This document shows positions 30,487 to 44,284 of a stretch of DNA of 64,000 bases, in pieces; the first letter of the stretch is position 1, and every line of letters begins with the position of its first letter. The position numbers and the translations under genes are program-made. The DNA is from an uncultured SAR86 cluster bacterium. Its GTDB lineage: Bacteria; Pseudomonadota; Gammaproteobacteria; Magnimaribacterales; D2472. The stretch covers positions 260,276-324,275 of the forward strand of contig OX044367.1 of the NCBI GenBank assembly GCA_943846785.1, read 5' to 3'. The notes below the pieces were generated by a model. That model did no database searches. It was not told the origin of the DNA and saw nothing but the letters and a program-made list of their open reading frames with translations.

Positions 30487-31102
30487 TTGGTTTTATTTGT
30501 AAAAAATGCCTTTCAACCCCTATGCTCCCTATCTCGATTATTTCACACTTATATTTGTTTGTGTTTATAGAATTTAATTCTTCAACGATTTTCTCTTTTC
30601 TTCCTTTTAAAAGTAAATATTTTCCATTAGCGGAGAGATTTTTTTGTGTAAGATTTAAAATATTTTCTGCAGAAGAAAATGCTCTTGCTGTTATTAGGTC
30701 ATAGGTCCCAAGATTGTTTTTTTCGTTTATTGTTGTCTTGATTACATTTGTATTTTTGAGGCCTAAGAGATCAATCATTTTATTAAGAAAATAGCATTTT
30801 TTTTGGTTTTTTTCTAACAGGCTGTTTTGTGTTTTTGGGCAAAATATCCCTATTAGAATGCCAGGAAAGCCACCACCCGAACCCAAGTCAAGCACCGACC
30901 CTCCCTCTTGTATTTGTTTAATTAGGGGCAGGCAGTCTAGAACATCCTTTTTGAAAACTTCTTCTTTGTTCTCTCTAACAAATATGTTGTGTTTTTTATT
31001 AAAGATGAGTGCCTCGTCAACAAAACTGTTTACTTGGGAGACTTGTTTCTCTGAAATTTTATTGTGATGTTCTTTTAAAAGCTTTGTGAAATGATCATCC
31101 AT
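30479..31102 (-). CDS. rsmG: 16S rRNA (guanine527-N7)-methyltransferase
   Basis: 207 aa. SAM motif [13 protein letters not shown]. Positioned between mnmG and parA. Confidence 0.85.
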   Translation of the reverse strand: MDDHFTKLLKEHHNKISEKQVSQVNSFVDEALIFNKKHNIFVRENKEEVFKKDVLDCLPLIKQIQEGGSVLDLGSGGGFPGILIGIFCPKTQNSLLEKNQKKCYFLNKMIDLLGLKNTNVIKTTINEKNNLGTYDLITARAFSSAENILNLTQKNLSANGKYLLLKGRKEKIVEELNSINTNKYKCEIIEIGSIGVERHFLQIKPNE

Positions 31103-32942
31103 TGGTTTTGACTAGCTCGCCCTTTTTTATGCTTACTAATATTAAGTTTATAGCTGCGGGAGTAACGCCCTCTATTCTAGATGCAGACCCGATGGTTTCC
31201 GGCTCAGCTTTCGAAAGCTTTTCAACTACTTCGTTTGATAGTCCGCTAATTTTTTCATATTCAAAGTTTTTAGGTATTTTTTTGTTGTTTTGTTTTTTGT
31301 TTTTATTTACTTCTCGGAGTTGTTTTTCTATATATCCTTTGTACTTGATTTCTGTAGAGGCTCTTTTAAATAATTTTTTTTGGTTTTGTTCGAGTTTAAT
31401 TATTTGAGCTTCGTCCACATCTGGTCTTGTTAGGAGTTGAGCAATGCTTCGCTTTTCCTCCAATACCACTGTTTTGTTTTGTTTGTTTTTAAATTTGTTT
31501 AGTTTGGTTTTTTCTAAAACTGTTTTAACAAACTCTTTGTATGTTTTTTCTTTTTCGATAAATTTGATTAGGTTTTTTTCTTCAACCAGGCCGAATGCAT
31601 GACCCTTTTCCAATATTCTTTGCTCTGCGTTGTTTTGCGATAATAAAAGTCTGTGTTCTGCTCTGCTTGTAAACATTCTATAAGGTTCTGTTATTCCGTG
31701 TGTTATCAAATCATCAACCAAGACCCCTATATAAGCCTCGCTTCTTTCTAAAACAAACTCTGTTTCGTTTTTTACTGATCTTCCAGCATTAACTCCTGCT
31801 ATCAATCCTTGGGCTGCGGCTTCTTCGTATCCTGTTGTTCCGTTAATTTGACCAGCTAAATAAAAATTATTTAAGAATTTGGTCTCCAGTGTTTGTTTTA
31901 AAGATCTTGGGTCAATAAAGTCATATTCAACAGCATAGCCATACTCTTCTATTTCTGACTCTTCCATTCCTGCTATAGATTTAATAAATTTTTCTTGAGC
32001 TTCTTTTGGAAGGCTTGTTGATATTCCGTTGGGGTAAACAAGGTCAACATCGATACCTTCTGGCTCTATAAATATTTGGTGGCTTTCTTTTGTACTGAAT
32101 TTATACACCTTGTCTTCAATAGAGGGGCAATACCTTGGGCCTATACCAACAATGTTGCCTGAATACATGGCTGATAGGTGGGTGTTGTCGCTTATTATTG
32201 AGTGGGTGTTTTTATTTGTTCTTGTTATATAACAGGAGAGTTGGGTTTGGTGTTTTTTTACCTCTCCTCTCAAAGACATAAAAGGGGTTGGCTCTTCGCC
32301 TGGCTGTTCTTCCATTGCAGAAAGATTAAGGCTCGAAAGTTTAACTCTTGCCGGAGTTCCTGTTTTCAGTCTTCCCATTGGAAGATTCATGCTATAAAGT
32401 TTTTTAGATAGGGGTATTGATGAAAGGTCTCCAACCCTGCCACCTTTTGAAGATTCTGATCCTGTATACATTACTCCGTTTAGAAAAGTCCCTGTTGTAA
32501 GAATGGTTTTTTTTGCATAAATCTCTTGTTTATCTGTGACCACTCCTGCAACAGAATCTTTTTCTATAACAAGATCTAAAACCTCTTCTTCAAAAATATC
32601 TATGTCTGTTTTAAGGAGAATATCTTGGATTGCTTTTTTATATAGTCCTCTGTCACATTGAACTCTTAGAGCTTGAACAGCATCACCTTTTCTTGTGTTG
32701 AGTGTTCTGTACTGAATGCCTGACATATCGGTTGCAACTGCCATAATACCGCCGAGAGCGTCCACCTCTCTTACTATATGTGATTTTCCTAAACCACCTA
32801 TTGCTGGATTGCATGACATTTGGCCTATTTTGTTTTTTTCAAATGTAACAAGAGCGCATTTTAGTCCTAGTCTAAAAACGGCATGAGCAGCCTCCACCCC
32901 GGCATGCCCTCCACCAACAACTATAACGTCATACTTATTCAT
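31095..32942 (-). CDS. mnmG: tRNA uridine 5-carboxymethylaminomethyl modification enzyme MnmG
   Basis: 615 aa. FAD motif [16 protein letters not shown], then [24 protein letters not shown]. Confidence 0.95.
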   Translation of the reverse strand: MNKYDVIVVGGGHAGVEAAHAVFRLGLKCALVTFEKNKIGQMSCNPAIGGLGKSHIVREVDALGGIMAVATDMSGIQYRTLNTRKGDAVQALRVQCDRGLYKKAIQDILLKTDIDIFEEEVLDLVIEKDSVAGVVTDKQEIYAKKTILTTGTFLNGVMYTGSESSKGGRVGDLSSIPLSKKLYSMNLPMGRLKTGTPARVKLSSLNLSAMEEQPGEEPTPFMSLRGEVKKHQTQLSCYITRTNKNTHSIISDNTHLSAMYSGNIVGIGPRYCPSIEDKVYKFSTKESHQIFIEPEGIDVDLVYPNGISTSLPKEAQEKFIKSIAGMEESEIEEYGYAVEYDFIDPRSLKQTLETKFLNNFYLAGQINGTTGYEEAAAQGLIAGVNAGRSVKNETEFVLERSEAYIGVLVDDLITHGITEPYRMFTSRAEHRLLLSQNNAEQRILEKGHAFGLVEEKNLIKFIEKEKTYKEFVKTVLEKTKLNKFKNKQNKTVVLEEKRSIAQLLTRPDVDEAQIIKLEQNQKKLFKRASTEIKYKGYIEKQLREVNKNKKQNNKKIPKNFEYEKISGLSNEVVEKLSKAEPETIGSASRIEGVTPAAINLILVSIKKGELVKTNG

Positions 32943-33166
32943 ATCTATTTCTCTAAGTTATAAAACCAATAATATCTATATTATATACTTATTGTTATTT
33001 CTATTAGGGTCTTTGTTTATTGTTAATAAAGCCTCTAAACCCAATACAAGCACGGTTTTAAAGCTTCTAATAACCACTGTTTAATATTACTTATAAGGGG
33101 TTAAAAAGCAGGTATGAACCTGTTGATAAAAAAAACGCGAAAAAACAACCACAAGTTAATAACAAG

Positions 33167-34477
33167 TTATTTACCAATACAAAAACTACTAAAAATATCT
33201 CCCAGTAATTGATCTGATGTTTTCTTGCCAACAACAACATCAAGACATGATCTTGCTATTTTTAACTCCTCAGCAGCAACCTCTAAACCATCCCCAGATT
33301 GAATTATTGTTAAAGCTTTCTTAATGGAGGATATGGAGTTATTAAACAAACTAATATGCCTATCTCTTACAAGAAAAGTTGCGTCTTTTTGCAAACTTGT
33401 TTTAAAAAACGCAGTAATTTGTTCTTTAAAATCCTCAAACCCTTCACCAGTTTTAGCTGATATTCTGCAATCAAATGAAGCAACCTCAGAGTCATCAACA
33501 TCAATTTTATTAAGTACTTTTAAAAAAGGCTTTTCTCCAACAAGAGATGAAAACTCTTCAAGACGACTCAATGATGATGGATCAAAAACACCGACAACAA
33601 CGTCAGCATTAACAATCTCATTTTTTGTCAAATCAATACCTTTTGCCTCTATTGTGTCACTAGTTTCTCTTAAACCAGCCGTATCAAACAAAGAAAAGGA
33701 AAAGCTTTCATAAAAAACCTCAGATTCAATAATATCTCTAGTGGTTCCAGGCGTATCTGATATTAACGCCCTCTCAAAACCAAGCAACCTATTAAAAGTT
33801 GAAGATTTGCCTGAATTGGTAGGACCGATAAAAACAACCTTATTTTTAGCAGAAAGGTTTTTCCTGTTTTTACAACCACTTAAAAATAGATCAAATTTAG
33901 AAATCAAAACACTTACGTCTGAAACAATATCTTCGTCCATAAAATCTTCTTCCTCATCAGAAAAATCAATCTCACCCTCAACTCGCATTCTCAAACTATT
34001 TATATCATCTGAAAGCTCATGCACTTCCTTAGAAAAATCACCAGACAAAGATTTAGATGAAAGATAAACATCTTCTGTGTTTGTGCTGTCGATAACATCT
34101 AAAACAGACTCAGCTTCATTTAAATCTATCTTCCCATTTAAAAAAGCCCTTTTAGTAAACTCACCAGGAGGCGCTTCATCAAAACCTATACCCGACAAAG
34201 CCTCTTCTATGAGAGCCATGACACCCAGGCCGCCATGAGCATGTATCTCAAAAGAGTCCTCGCCTGTGTAACTCTTACTCCCATCAAAAACCAAGACACC
34301 AACCGTGTCCACTAAAAGACCGGAGTTGTAAAAAGGCCTCACAGAAAAAACTCTTGAGGAAATATCAGATGTTCCAAATAGACTCTTCAGGCTTTTCAAA
34401 CAACCATTGCCCGTCACTCTGAATATACATATGGCTGACTTATGGGCAGGGGTCGCAAGAGCATACACAACAGACAC
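33167..34477 (-). CDS. mnmE: tRNA modification GTPase MnmE
   Basis: 436 aa. G1 GPTNSGKSS, G3 DTAGLRE, C-terminal CIGK. Confidence 0.9.
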   Translation of the reverse strand: MSVVYALATPAHKSAICIFRVTGNGCLKSLKSLFGTSDISSRVFSVRPFYNSGLLVDTVGVLVFDGSKSYTGEDSFEIHAHGGLGVMALIEEALSGIGFDEAPPGEFTKRAFLNGKIDLNEAESVLDVIDSTNTEDVYLSSKSLSGDFSKEVHELSDDINSLRMRVEGEIDFSDEEEDFMDEDIVSDVSVLISKFDLFLSGCKNRKNLSAKNKVVFIGPTNSGKSSTFNRLLGFERALISDTPGTTRDIIESEVFYESFSFSLFDTAGLRETSDTIEAKGIDLTKNEIVNADVVVGVFDPSSLSRLEEFSSLVGEKPFLKVLNKIDVDDSEVASFDCRISAKTGEGFEDFKEQITAFFKTSLQKDATFLVRDRHISLFNNSISSIKKALTIIQSGDGLEVAAEELKIARSCLDVVVGKKTSDQLLGDIFSSFCIGK

Positions 34478-34489
34478 GCTAATTAACTC

Positions 34490-36043
34490 CTAGTTCTTGG
34501 ATTGCGGATCACCCAATACACCGAGCTTGCTATAAAGATATCTTTGTTGAATCAAAGAAACCCCAGCATTAACAACAGAGTATAAACACAGACCTGCTGG
34601 AAAGATTACAAAGAAAACAGCGAACATCACTGGCATGGTTTTCATTATTTGGGCTTGCATTGGGTCTTGTGTTGGCGGTTGAGGGTTTAGTTTTTGTGTT
34701 AAAACCATAACAAACCCAAAAACAACAGGAAGAATAAATAAAGGATCGGGAACAGAAAGATCTGTTATCCATAAACCAAAATCAGCAAACCTTAATTCAA
34801 CCATCTCTCTTAAAGCAAAAAAGAAACCAATAAAAAAAGGCATCTGAGCAAGCATTGGTAAACACCCACCAAGAGGATTGGCCCCCTCTTTTTTATATAA
34901 TGCCATCATTTCTTGGCTGAGCTTTTGCTTGTCATTAGCATACCTGTCTTGTAGCTCTTTCATTTTGGGCATAACTTTTCTCATGTTGCCCATTGCAACA
35001 AAACCTTTGGCGGTTACAGGAAACAGAATAAGTTTAAGCAACAGGGTAAAAAGAATTATCGAAACCCCCCAATTACCAACATAATTGTTTATAAAATCTA
35101 AAACCATCACCATTGGCTGAGATATAAACCAAAACCAACCCATATCAATTGAAAGCTCTAAATTATCAGCTCTTGTTTCCAAGTCCTTTCTTATCTTTGG
35201 ACCAATAAAAATTCTATGAGAGTGAGAGCTCACCAGGTTTTGAGCATCCCCTTTTTCAACTGTATAACCCATACTATAAATACCCGAATCCCCAGGCTGA
35301 GCAAAATAATTATAAACAAAGTCATCTGATCCAATTACAGCAGCAAAAAAATATTTTTGAATAAAGGAAACCCAACCACCCCTAGATAAAAAAGAAATTC
35401 TTTCCTCAATTTTTCTGAGTCTTTGAGTTTCATATGGGTCATCCGATGTGCTAAAAGCAACAGCCTGATAGGAGCTGTTATTCATCATACCCCCCTCTGT
35501 AATTGCGGTCTTTAAATCCAAAGACCTCCCATCGGTTCTATAAAGAGAAGCAAATGCTTTCCCATAACTACCACCCTCTATTGAATCTAATACCTGAACC
35601 TCATATGTTTCAGGAAGAAAAGATATTTCTTTTTTTGCTCCTAGAGATTTGTCATAAAGGGTTACAAAACCCTCGCCATTATCAAGCAGCTCATAGTTTG
35701 TTTTTTCACCCGTAAAACCTGATTTAAAGTAATACTTAAAAACACCCTGTTCATCAGAACCAAAAACCCTAACTCCAATAGACCCAGGTATGTTCTCAAC
35801 TCCATATTCCTTGAGCCTTGCCTCAACAATAGCACCAGAAGTTACTGCAACCTTTAATCTCAACAGATCATTTTCTAGATAAGCATAAAGACCATCATCT
35901 GTTACAGCACCAATAAGACCTTCTGTCTTTGCTAGACTCATGTGTTCTGCTTGAGACACAACTTTATTCTCGGCGTTCCACTGATAAAACAGAGAGCCTG
36001 ACAAAACCAATATAACTGCTAGGTAAATTTTTCTAATGTTCAT
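34490..36043 (-). CDS. yidC: membrane protein insertase YidC
   Basis: 517 aa. Large periplasmic domain followed by the conserved core (GWFWFISQP, NPLGGCLPMLAQMPFFIGFF). Confidence 0.9.
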   Translation of the reverse strand: MNIRKIYLAVILVLSGSLFYQWNAENKVVSQAEHMSLAKTEGLIGAVTDDGLYAYLENDLLRLKVAVTSGAIVEARLKEYGVENIPGSIGVRVFGSDEQGVFKYYFKSGFTGEKTNYELLDNGEGFVTLYDKSLGAKKEISFLPETYEVQVLDSIEGGSYGKAFASLYRTDGRSLDLKTAITEGGMMNNSSYQAVAFSTSDDPYETQRLRKIEERISFLSRGGWVSFIQKYFFAAVIGSDDFVYNYFAQPGDSGIYSMGYTVEKGDAQNLVSSHSHRIFIGPKIRKDLETRADNLELSIDMGWFWFISQPMVMVLDFINNYVGNWGVSIILFTLLLKLILFPVTAKGFVAMGNMRKVMPKMKELQDRYANDKQKLSQEMMALYKKEGANPLGGCLPMLAQMPFFIGFFFALREMVELRFADFGLWITDLSVPDPLFILPVVFGFVMVLTQKLNPQPPTQDPMQAQIMKTMPVMFAVFFVIFPAGLCLYSVVNAGVSLIQQRYLYSKLGVLGDPQSKN

Positions 36044-36056
36044 TTTTATATATCCA

Positions 36057-36344
36057 CTAATGGTTTGATGATTCTACAGCTTTAACGATTTCAACAGAAG
36101 GGCTTACACCGCCATCTTTAAAATAATCACTATAAACCAACACTAGGTAACACCCTTTATCTGAGATTAGATCGTTGGTTCTAAATATTTCTTTTATTTG
36201 CCTCTTAATTTTATTGCGATCAACAGCAAGTTTGAAATTTTTTTTTGATATTGAGACCCTTAAGTTTTCAGGATCCCCTTCTAGGAAAAAGATTCTAAGT
36301 CGACTAGATGAATGAAAATGTCTTGGAAGCTTTGAATAAGCCAA
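36057..36344 (-). CDS. rnpA: ribonuclease P protein component
   Basis: 95 aa, TTG start 4 nt after the rpmH stop. RNR-like motif AVDRNKIKRQIKEIFR. Confidence 0.75.
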   Translation of the reverse strand: MAYSKLPRHFHSSSRLRIFFLEGDPENLRVSISKKNFKLAVDRNKIKRQIKEIFRTNDLISDKGCYLVLVYSDYFKDGGVSPSVEIVKAVESSNH

Positions 36345-36347
36345 GTT

Positions 36348-36482
36348 CTATGCAGTTAAAACCTTTCGACCCTTTTTACGTCTAGCAGATAAAATAGCTC
36401 TACCAGCCTTGGTTGCCATTCTCGCTCTGAAGCCATGAGTTCTGCTTCTTTTTAATGTACTAGGTTGAAATGTTCGTTTCAT
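36348..36482 (-). CDS. rpmH: 50S ribosomal protein L34
   Basis: Below the ORF-track size cut-off. Own translation: [44 protein letters not shown]. Confidence 0.9.
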   Translation of the reverse strand: MKRTFQPSTLKRSRTHGFRARMATKAGRAILSARRKKGRKVLTA

Positions 36483-36665
36483 AATTCACCATCTAAAAAA
36501 TTAGTGGCGCATTATAGCCCAATAATTAAGAGTTTTCACAAATATATATAAAAACATAAAATTATTTTATATAAACAAGTTATCCACAGAAAATTCATGA
36601 AGTTATCCTGTAGATATCTTGTGTGTTTTTTAATAGACTAGACATTCACATAAGAGGAGAAGAGA
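36483..36665. promoter_or_regulatory. rpmH-dnaA intergenic region: dnaA promoter / candidate oriC segment
   Basis: One perfect DnaA box, a 7/9 box at 36603..36611 (TTATCCTGT), and a very AT-rich tract at 36541..36579. The gene neighbourhood is typical of origins. Confidence 0.4.
36580..36588 (+). promoter_or_regulatory. DnaA box (perfect consensus TTATCCACA)
   Basis: Read directly: aagTTATCCACAgaa, 78 nt upstream of the dnaA start. Confidence 0.6.
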
Positions 36666-37961
36666 TTGGAATTTTGGAATAAATGCTCAGAAAGATTAGA
36701 AAACAAACTTTCACAAGACGATTTTAACACCTGGATCAGACCATTAAAAGCAAATTTAAATGAAGATATTTTAGAGCTAGTTGCTCCCAATGATTTTATT
36801 CTTAATTATGTGGAAACTAATTTAGTAGATGAAATTACACAGATGGTCAAAGCACAATCAAAAAAGAATATAAACTTAGTCTTTAAAACTCATACAAAAG
36901 AAACATTTGTTGATAAATATAAAAATCAAAACAAATCTGAAGATACAAAATTAGTTCCATCTTATGTTTTCGAGACATTTGTCGAAGGTAAGTCTAATCA
37001 CCTTGCTTTAGCGGCCTCTAAACAGGTTGCATCCAACCCAAAGGGCGACTATAACCCTTTGTTTATATATGGTGGAGTTGGTTTGGGTAAAACTCATTTA
37101 ATGCATGCTGTTGGTAACGAGATATTAAAAAACGAACCAGGAAAAAGAATAGTGTACGTTCATTCAGAGAAATTTGTCTCAGATATGGTTAAAGCTCTTC
37201 AATTGGGAGCAATGAATGAATTCAAATCATTTTACAGAAACGCTGATGCGTTGCTTATAGATGATATTCAGTTTTTTGCAGGCAAAGAGCAATCACAAGA
37301 AGAGTTTTTTCATACTTTTAATGCCCTTTTAGACAGAAACAATCAAATGATCTTAACTTGTGATAAATACCCTAAGGAAATAGATGGCCTAGAAGAAAGA
37401 TTAAAATCTAGATTAGGATGGGGCCTTCCAGTAGTAATAGATCCGCCTGAACTAGAAACTAGAGCTGCTGTTCTTCTTCAAAAAGCATCATCTATGGGTG
37501 TAGAGATGCCTAATGATTGCGCTATTTATATAGCCCAAAGAATAAGGTCAAACATAAGAGAGTTAGAAGGCGCTTTAAAAAGAGTAATTGCAAATGCAAG
37601 ATTTACAAATCAACCTATTGACCTAGCCTTAGTAAAAGATGCGCTCAAAGACCTATTTGTCATTTCTGCAAAAATGGTTAGCATAGAAAATATTCAAAAA
37701 ACTGTTGCCGAATACTACAACATTAAACTTTCTGATCTTTTATCAAAAAGAAGAAGTAGGTCTATAACAAGGCCTAGGCAGCTCGCAATGGCTTTAACCA
37801 AAGAGTTAACAAACCACAGTCTTCCTGAAATAGGAGAAGCTTTTAACGGTAGAGACCACACAACGGTGCTTCATGCATGTAAAAAAATTGCTGAACTTAG
37901 AAAAGAAAACCCTTCACAAGAAGAGGATTACAGGAATCTTAACAGGGCATTAACTAACTAA
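36666..37961 (+). CDS. dnaA: chromosomal replication initiator protein DnaA
   Basis: 431 aa, TTG start preceded by AGGAG. Walker [11 protein letters not shown], and the C-terminal DNA-binding region ...[14 protein letters not shown]. Confidence 0.95.
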   Translation: MEFWNKCSERLENKLSQDDFNTWIRPLKANLNEDILELVAPNDFILNYVETNLVDEITQMVKAQSKKNINLVFKTHTKETFVDKYKNQNKSEDTKLVPSYVFETFVEGKSNHLALAASKQVASNPKGDYNPLFIYGGVGLGKTHLMHAVGNEILKNEPGKRIVYVHSEKFVSDMVKALQLGAMNEFKSFYRNADALLIDDIQFFAGKEQSQEEFFHTFNALLDRNNQMILTCDKYPKEIDGLEERLKSRLGWGLPVVIDPPELETRAAVLLQKASSMGVEMPNDCAIYIAQRIRSNIRELEGALKRVIANARFTNQPIDLALVKDALKDLFVISAKMVSIENIQKTVAEYYNIKLSDLLSKRRSRSITRPRQLAMALTKELTNHSLPEIGEAFNGRDHTTVLHACKKIAELRKENPSQEEDYRNLNRALTN

Positions 37962-37964
37962 CTT

Positions 37965-39068
37965 ATGGACTTTTATATTACAAAAGAAGAGGTCGTAAAA
38001 TCGCTTAATTCAACACTTGGTGTTGTTGAGAAAAGACAAACATTGCCAATTTTGGCTAATGTTTTGTTTGAGGTTGATGAGTCATCCTTAAGACTAACAG
38101 CTACGGATCTTGAGTCAGAAATATCAACAATATCTACAATCTCAAATTTTAAAAGCGGTGGGAAAATAACCGCGCCAGCCAAAAAACTTAGTGAGTTGTG
38201 TAGACTTTTTAGCGATGGGTCTGAAATACATTTTTTTCTTGATGGGGATAATCTCAGAATTGAAACTAATTCAGGTAAATATAACTTAGCAACACTGCCA
38301 AGCGAAGACTTTCCTGTCTTTGAGAAAGAAGAAACAGGCGATTCTATTAATATAACGCCAAAAAATCTTAAGTCTCTTATTGGTAAAACAGCTTTTGCAA
38401 TGGGCAACCAAGATTGGAGGCATTATTTAAACGGTCTATATTTATTCGTTGAGGACACTTTAGTTACTAGTGTTGCAACAGATGCTCATAGGCTTGCAAT
38501 GGCAACATTACCGTTAAATGAAGGTGTTAAGGAGCAGATCACAGGAATAGTGCCCAGGAAGTCTATCAATGAAATAGGCAAACTTGTCGGTGATAGTTCT
38601 GAAAATGTTGTTTTAAAATTAGGCTCTAGCTCAATAATTGTAGACATCTCTGGAACAACCTTTGCCAGTAAACTTATTGAAGGCAAATTCCCAGACTATG
38701 AGCAAGTGATTCCTTCTGGAGATAGCTCAACACTCTCTATAAACAGAAAGCTTTTCTCTGAAAGCTTAAGTAGGGTAAGTGTATTATCCAGTGAAAAGTT
38801 TAGAGGGGTTAGAATAGTGACATCTGACAACTCAATTAATATATCAGCAAACAACCCAGAAAAAGAGCAAGCAGAAGAATCTATAGCATGCTCCTACAGT
38901 GGAGAGGCAACAGATATAGCCTTTAATGTAAATTATATTCAAGAAATTTTATCCTCTATCGATGATGACAATGTTGAAATACATTTCTTTGGCTCAAACA
39001 AAAGTTGTTTAATAACGAGTCCAGGGTCTGAAAGCTTTAAATATGTTGTAATGCCGCTTCTTATATAA
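37965..39068 (+). CDS. dnaN: DNA polymerase III subunit beta
   Basis: 367 aa, directly after dnaA. Typical QTLPILANVLFEV and a C-terminal ...YVVMPLLI-type ending. Confidence 0.9.
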   Translation: MDFYITKEEVVKSLNSTLGVVEKRQTLPILANVLFEVDESSLRLTATDLESEISTISTISNFKSGGKITAPAKKLSELCRLFSDGSEIHFFLDGDNLRIETNSGKYNLATLPSEDFPVFEKEETGDSINITPKNLKSLIGKTAFAMGNQDWRHYLNGLYLFVEDTLVTSVATDAHRLAMATLPLNEGVKEQITGIVPRKSINEIGKLVGDSSENVVLKLGSSSIIVDISGTTFASKLIEGKFPDYEQVIPSGDSSTLSINRKLFSESLSRVSVLSSEKFRGVRIVTSDNSINISANNPEKEQAEESIACSYSGEATDIAFNVNYIQEILSSIDDDNVEIHFFGSNKSCLITSPGSESFKYVVMPLLI

Positions 39069-39094
39069 GAAGACTAAATTTATTACTAAGATAA

Positions 39095-40168
39095 ATGATT
39101 CATGATCTAACACTTAATAACTTTAGGTGCTTTTCCTCTTTGAATATAAAACTCTCTCCTGGGATCAACTTTTTCTATGGAAAAAATGGATCAGGTAAGA
39201 CATCCATCCTTGAAGCAATTAATCTTTGCTCTAGTGCCAAATCTTTCAAAAGTGGAAATCTTCAATCTTTGATTTCAATAGGAGAGGAGGCGTTTAATAT
39301 CAAAGGCCATGACAACACTTCAGGCTATTCTCTCGTAATTACAAAACAAAAAACCAAGCCGATATCTATATTACTCAACAACTCTAAGACAACAACAAGC
39401 AAGCTTATAAGAGAGTTTCCTTCAACATCTATTCACAACAACACATTTTCTTTTGCTGATGCCCCGCCAGACTTTAGAAGAAAGCTTTTAGATAAGTCTA
39501 TATTTATTGCCGATAAACAGTTCTCGGAGACTTGGTTTAGCTATTATAGGTGCCTTAAACAAAGAAATGCCTTGTTAAAAAATGGGTCTATCATAAACAT
39601 TGAGCCTTGGGAAAAAAAGCTTGCTGATCTTGGCAAAGAGCTCACAGCCTTAAGAATAAAATTCTTCAATAATACATTTTATGAATTAAAAGATCTTATA
39701 AGTAAGCTCAACAAATCACCATCGACTGACTTTTTAGAAAATATTAATATTAGCTTTTATCCAGGATGGGATCATGATGTTGAGCTAAGTGAGTTATTTA
39801 AATCCAATAGAAACAAAGACTTAAGGCGCAAATCCACTTCAGAGGGTCCTCACAAGGCTGATATTAGGTTTCTAATAGAAGATGTTGAAGCTAAACAAAT
39901 TCTTTCAAGAGGCGAGCAAAAGCTTTTTTCTATACTTTGGTGTTGCGCTCAGCATGAAGTCCTTCGTAAATACCATGAAATCAACGCAGTGTTAATAATA
40001 GATGATATTAAATCAGAGCTAGATGATAGTACTTTTGAAGTCTTTTTGAACCTGCTTAATTTTCTAAACAATCAAATTATTTTTTCCTGTATAGATGATC
40101 ATTTTAGTAGTAAAATAGAGGCTGATTTTAGAGAGTTTAAAAAGTTCCACGTGGAACAATTAAAGTAA
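39095..40168 (+). CDS. recF: DNA replication and repair protein RecF
   Basis: 357 aa. Walker A GKNGSGKTSILEA, signature SRGEQKLFS, Walker B LIIDDI. Confidence 0.9.
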   Translation: MIHDLTLNNFRCFSSLNIKLSPGINFFYGKNGSGKTSILEAINLCSSAKSFKSGNLQSLISIGEEAFNIKGHDNTSGYSLVITKQKTKPISILLNNSKTTTSKLIREFPSTSIHNNTFSFADAPPDFRRKLLDKSIFIADKQFSETWFSYYRCLKQRNALLKNGSIINIEPWEKKLADLGKELTALRIKFFNNTFYELKDLISKLNKSPSTDFLENINISFYPGWDHDVELSELFKSNRNKDLRRKSTSEGPHKADIRFLIEDVEAKQILSRGEQKLFSILWCCAQHEVLRKYHEINAVLIIDDIKSELDDSTFEVFLNLLNFLNNQIIFSCIDDHFSSKIEADFREFKKFHVEQLK

Positions 40169-42795
<2,627 letters not shown>

Positions 42796-42798
42796 TTA

Positions 42799-44160
42799 TT
42801 AACCATTTATTTTTTTTATCAAATAGTCCTGTAGATTCTCAATAGCTATTGTTTCTTGAAGCATAGTATCTCTATCCCTAACTGTGGCTGTTTGATTTTC
42901 TAAACTATCAAAATCAATCGTTATACACAAAGGTGTTCCAATCTCATCATGCCTTCTATACCCTTTACCAATATTTCCAGTATTCTCTAAAATAATTCTA
43001 CCTAAGTTTAACTTCTGCAAAGAATTTTTTACATTTTTTGCCAAATTAACAAGATCTTCATTATTTTTTTTGAGAGGTATCACGGCAGCTTTAATTGGAG
43101 AAAGATGAGGCTTAAGTTTCAGAACTATTCGCTCTTTGCCATTATCCAACTGTTCAAGATTATAAGCTTCATTCATTATTGCCAATATACCCCGCTCAAC
43201 CCCGGCAGATGGCTCAATTACAAAAGGTACAACCCATTTATTTGTTTCTTGATCTTGTATTGCTAGCCTTGTATTAGATGAGTTGTTATCCATAACATTG
43301 GCTGATATATTAAGTTCTTCTTGATTTTTTGTATGAGACCCTAAATCAAAATCTGTTCTATTTGCTATACCCTCAAGCTCTTCAAGACCATGAGGAAACT
43401 TATACATAACATCTATGGTTCCTTTTGAATAATGGGCTAATTCATCTTTAGGTACATCATATAATTCAATATTTTCTGAACAAACACCCTGCTGTTCCCA
43501 CCAGGATAATCTTATTTCGACCCACTTCTTGTGCCATTCCTCATCTGTGCCCGGAATTACAAAAAACTCTAATTCCATTTGCTCAAACTCTCTAACTCTA
43601 AAAATAAAATTCCTTGGGGTTATTTCATTTCTAAAGGCTTTGCCTATTTGAGCTATACCAAAAGGTAATGTTTTAGAAGAAGAATCAACAACATTTTTAA
43701 AGTTAGTAAAAATTTGTTGTGCTGTCTCAGGTCTCAAATATGCAAAAGAATCTCCATCATCAATTGGCCCAACGTTTGTTTTAAACATTAAATTAAAAGG
43801 CCTTGGTTCTGTAAGGTCTTTAGATCCACAGCCTGGGCATTTATCATCTTCTAATAAATCACTTCTCCATCTTGATTTACATTCACGACAGTCAACCATA
43901 GGGTCTGAAAAAGTGTCTTCATGCCCAGAATATTTTAAAACAGTAGGATTTGATAAAATTGATGCATCTAAGCCTTCAATATTATCATTTTCATATATCA
44001 TTGAGCTCCACCAAGCCTGCTTAAGGTTGTTTTTAAGCTCTACGCCAAGTGGACCAAAGTCATACATACCCTGCATACCGCCATAAATTTCACCAGATTG
44101 GAAAATAAAACCCCTTCTTTTGCATAAAGATACTAGGTCATCCATTGTTTTTGCAGTCAA
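42799..44160 (-). CDS. glyQS: glycine--tRNA ligase, single-chain (alpha2 dimeric) type
   Basis: 453 aa. [31 protein letters not shown], class II motifs [25 protein letters not shown] and GVERG. Confidence 0.9.
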   Translation of the reverse strand: MTAKTMDDLVSLCKRRGFIFQSGEIYGGMQGMYDFGPLGVELKNNLKQAWWSSMIYENDNIEGLDASILSNPTVLKYSGHEDTFSDPMVDCRECKSRWRSDLLEDDKCPGCGSKDLTEPRPFNLMFKTNVGPIDDGDSFAYLRPETAQQIFTNFKNVVDSSSKTLPFGIAQIGKAFRNEITPRNFIFRVREFEQMELEFFVIPGTDEEWHKKWVEIRLSWWEQQGVCSENIELYDVPKDELAHYSKGTIDVMYKFPHGLEELEGIANRTDFDLGSHTKNQEELNISANVMDNNSSNTRLAIQDQETNKWVVPFVIEPSAGVERGILAIMNEAYNLEQLDNGKERIVLKLKPHLSPIKAAVIPLKKNNEDLVNLAKNVKNSLQKLNLGRIILENTGNIGKGYRRHDEIGTPLCITIDFDSLENQTATVRDRDTMLQETIAIENLQDYLIKKING

Positions 44161-44284
44161 TTCAATCTCCTATACTAAAAAGTAACAAATGTTCTTTTTA
44201 ATCATATTGTAATTTATATTAAATAAACCTATATTGTATTAAGCCTATAATGATTATATATCAATCAGACCACATACAAGCACT

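Noticed and set aside
32943-33166. oriC in the mnmG-mnmE gap (the position used in enterics and Vibrio next to gidA)
   Set aside because: There is only one 8/9 DnaA-box match (TTATCAACA on the minus strand, 33121..33129). There is no GATC cluster and no obvious 13-mer-like AT repeats. The evidence is too thin to call.
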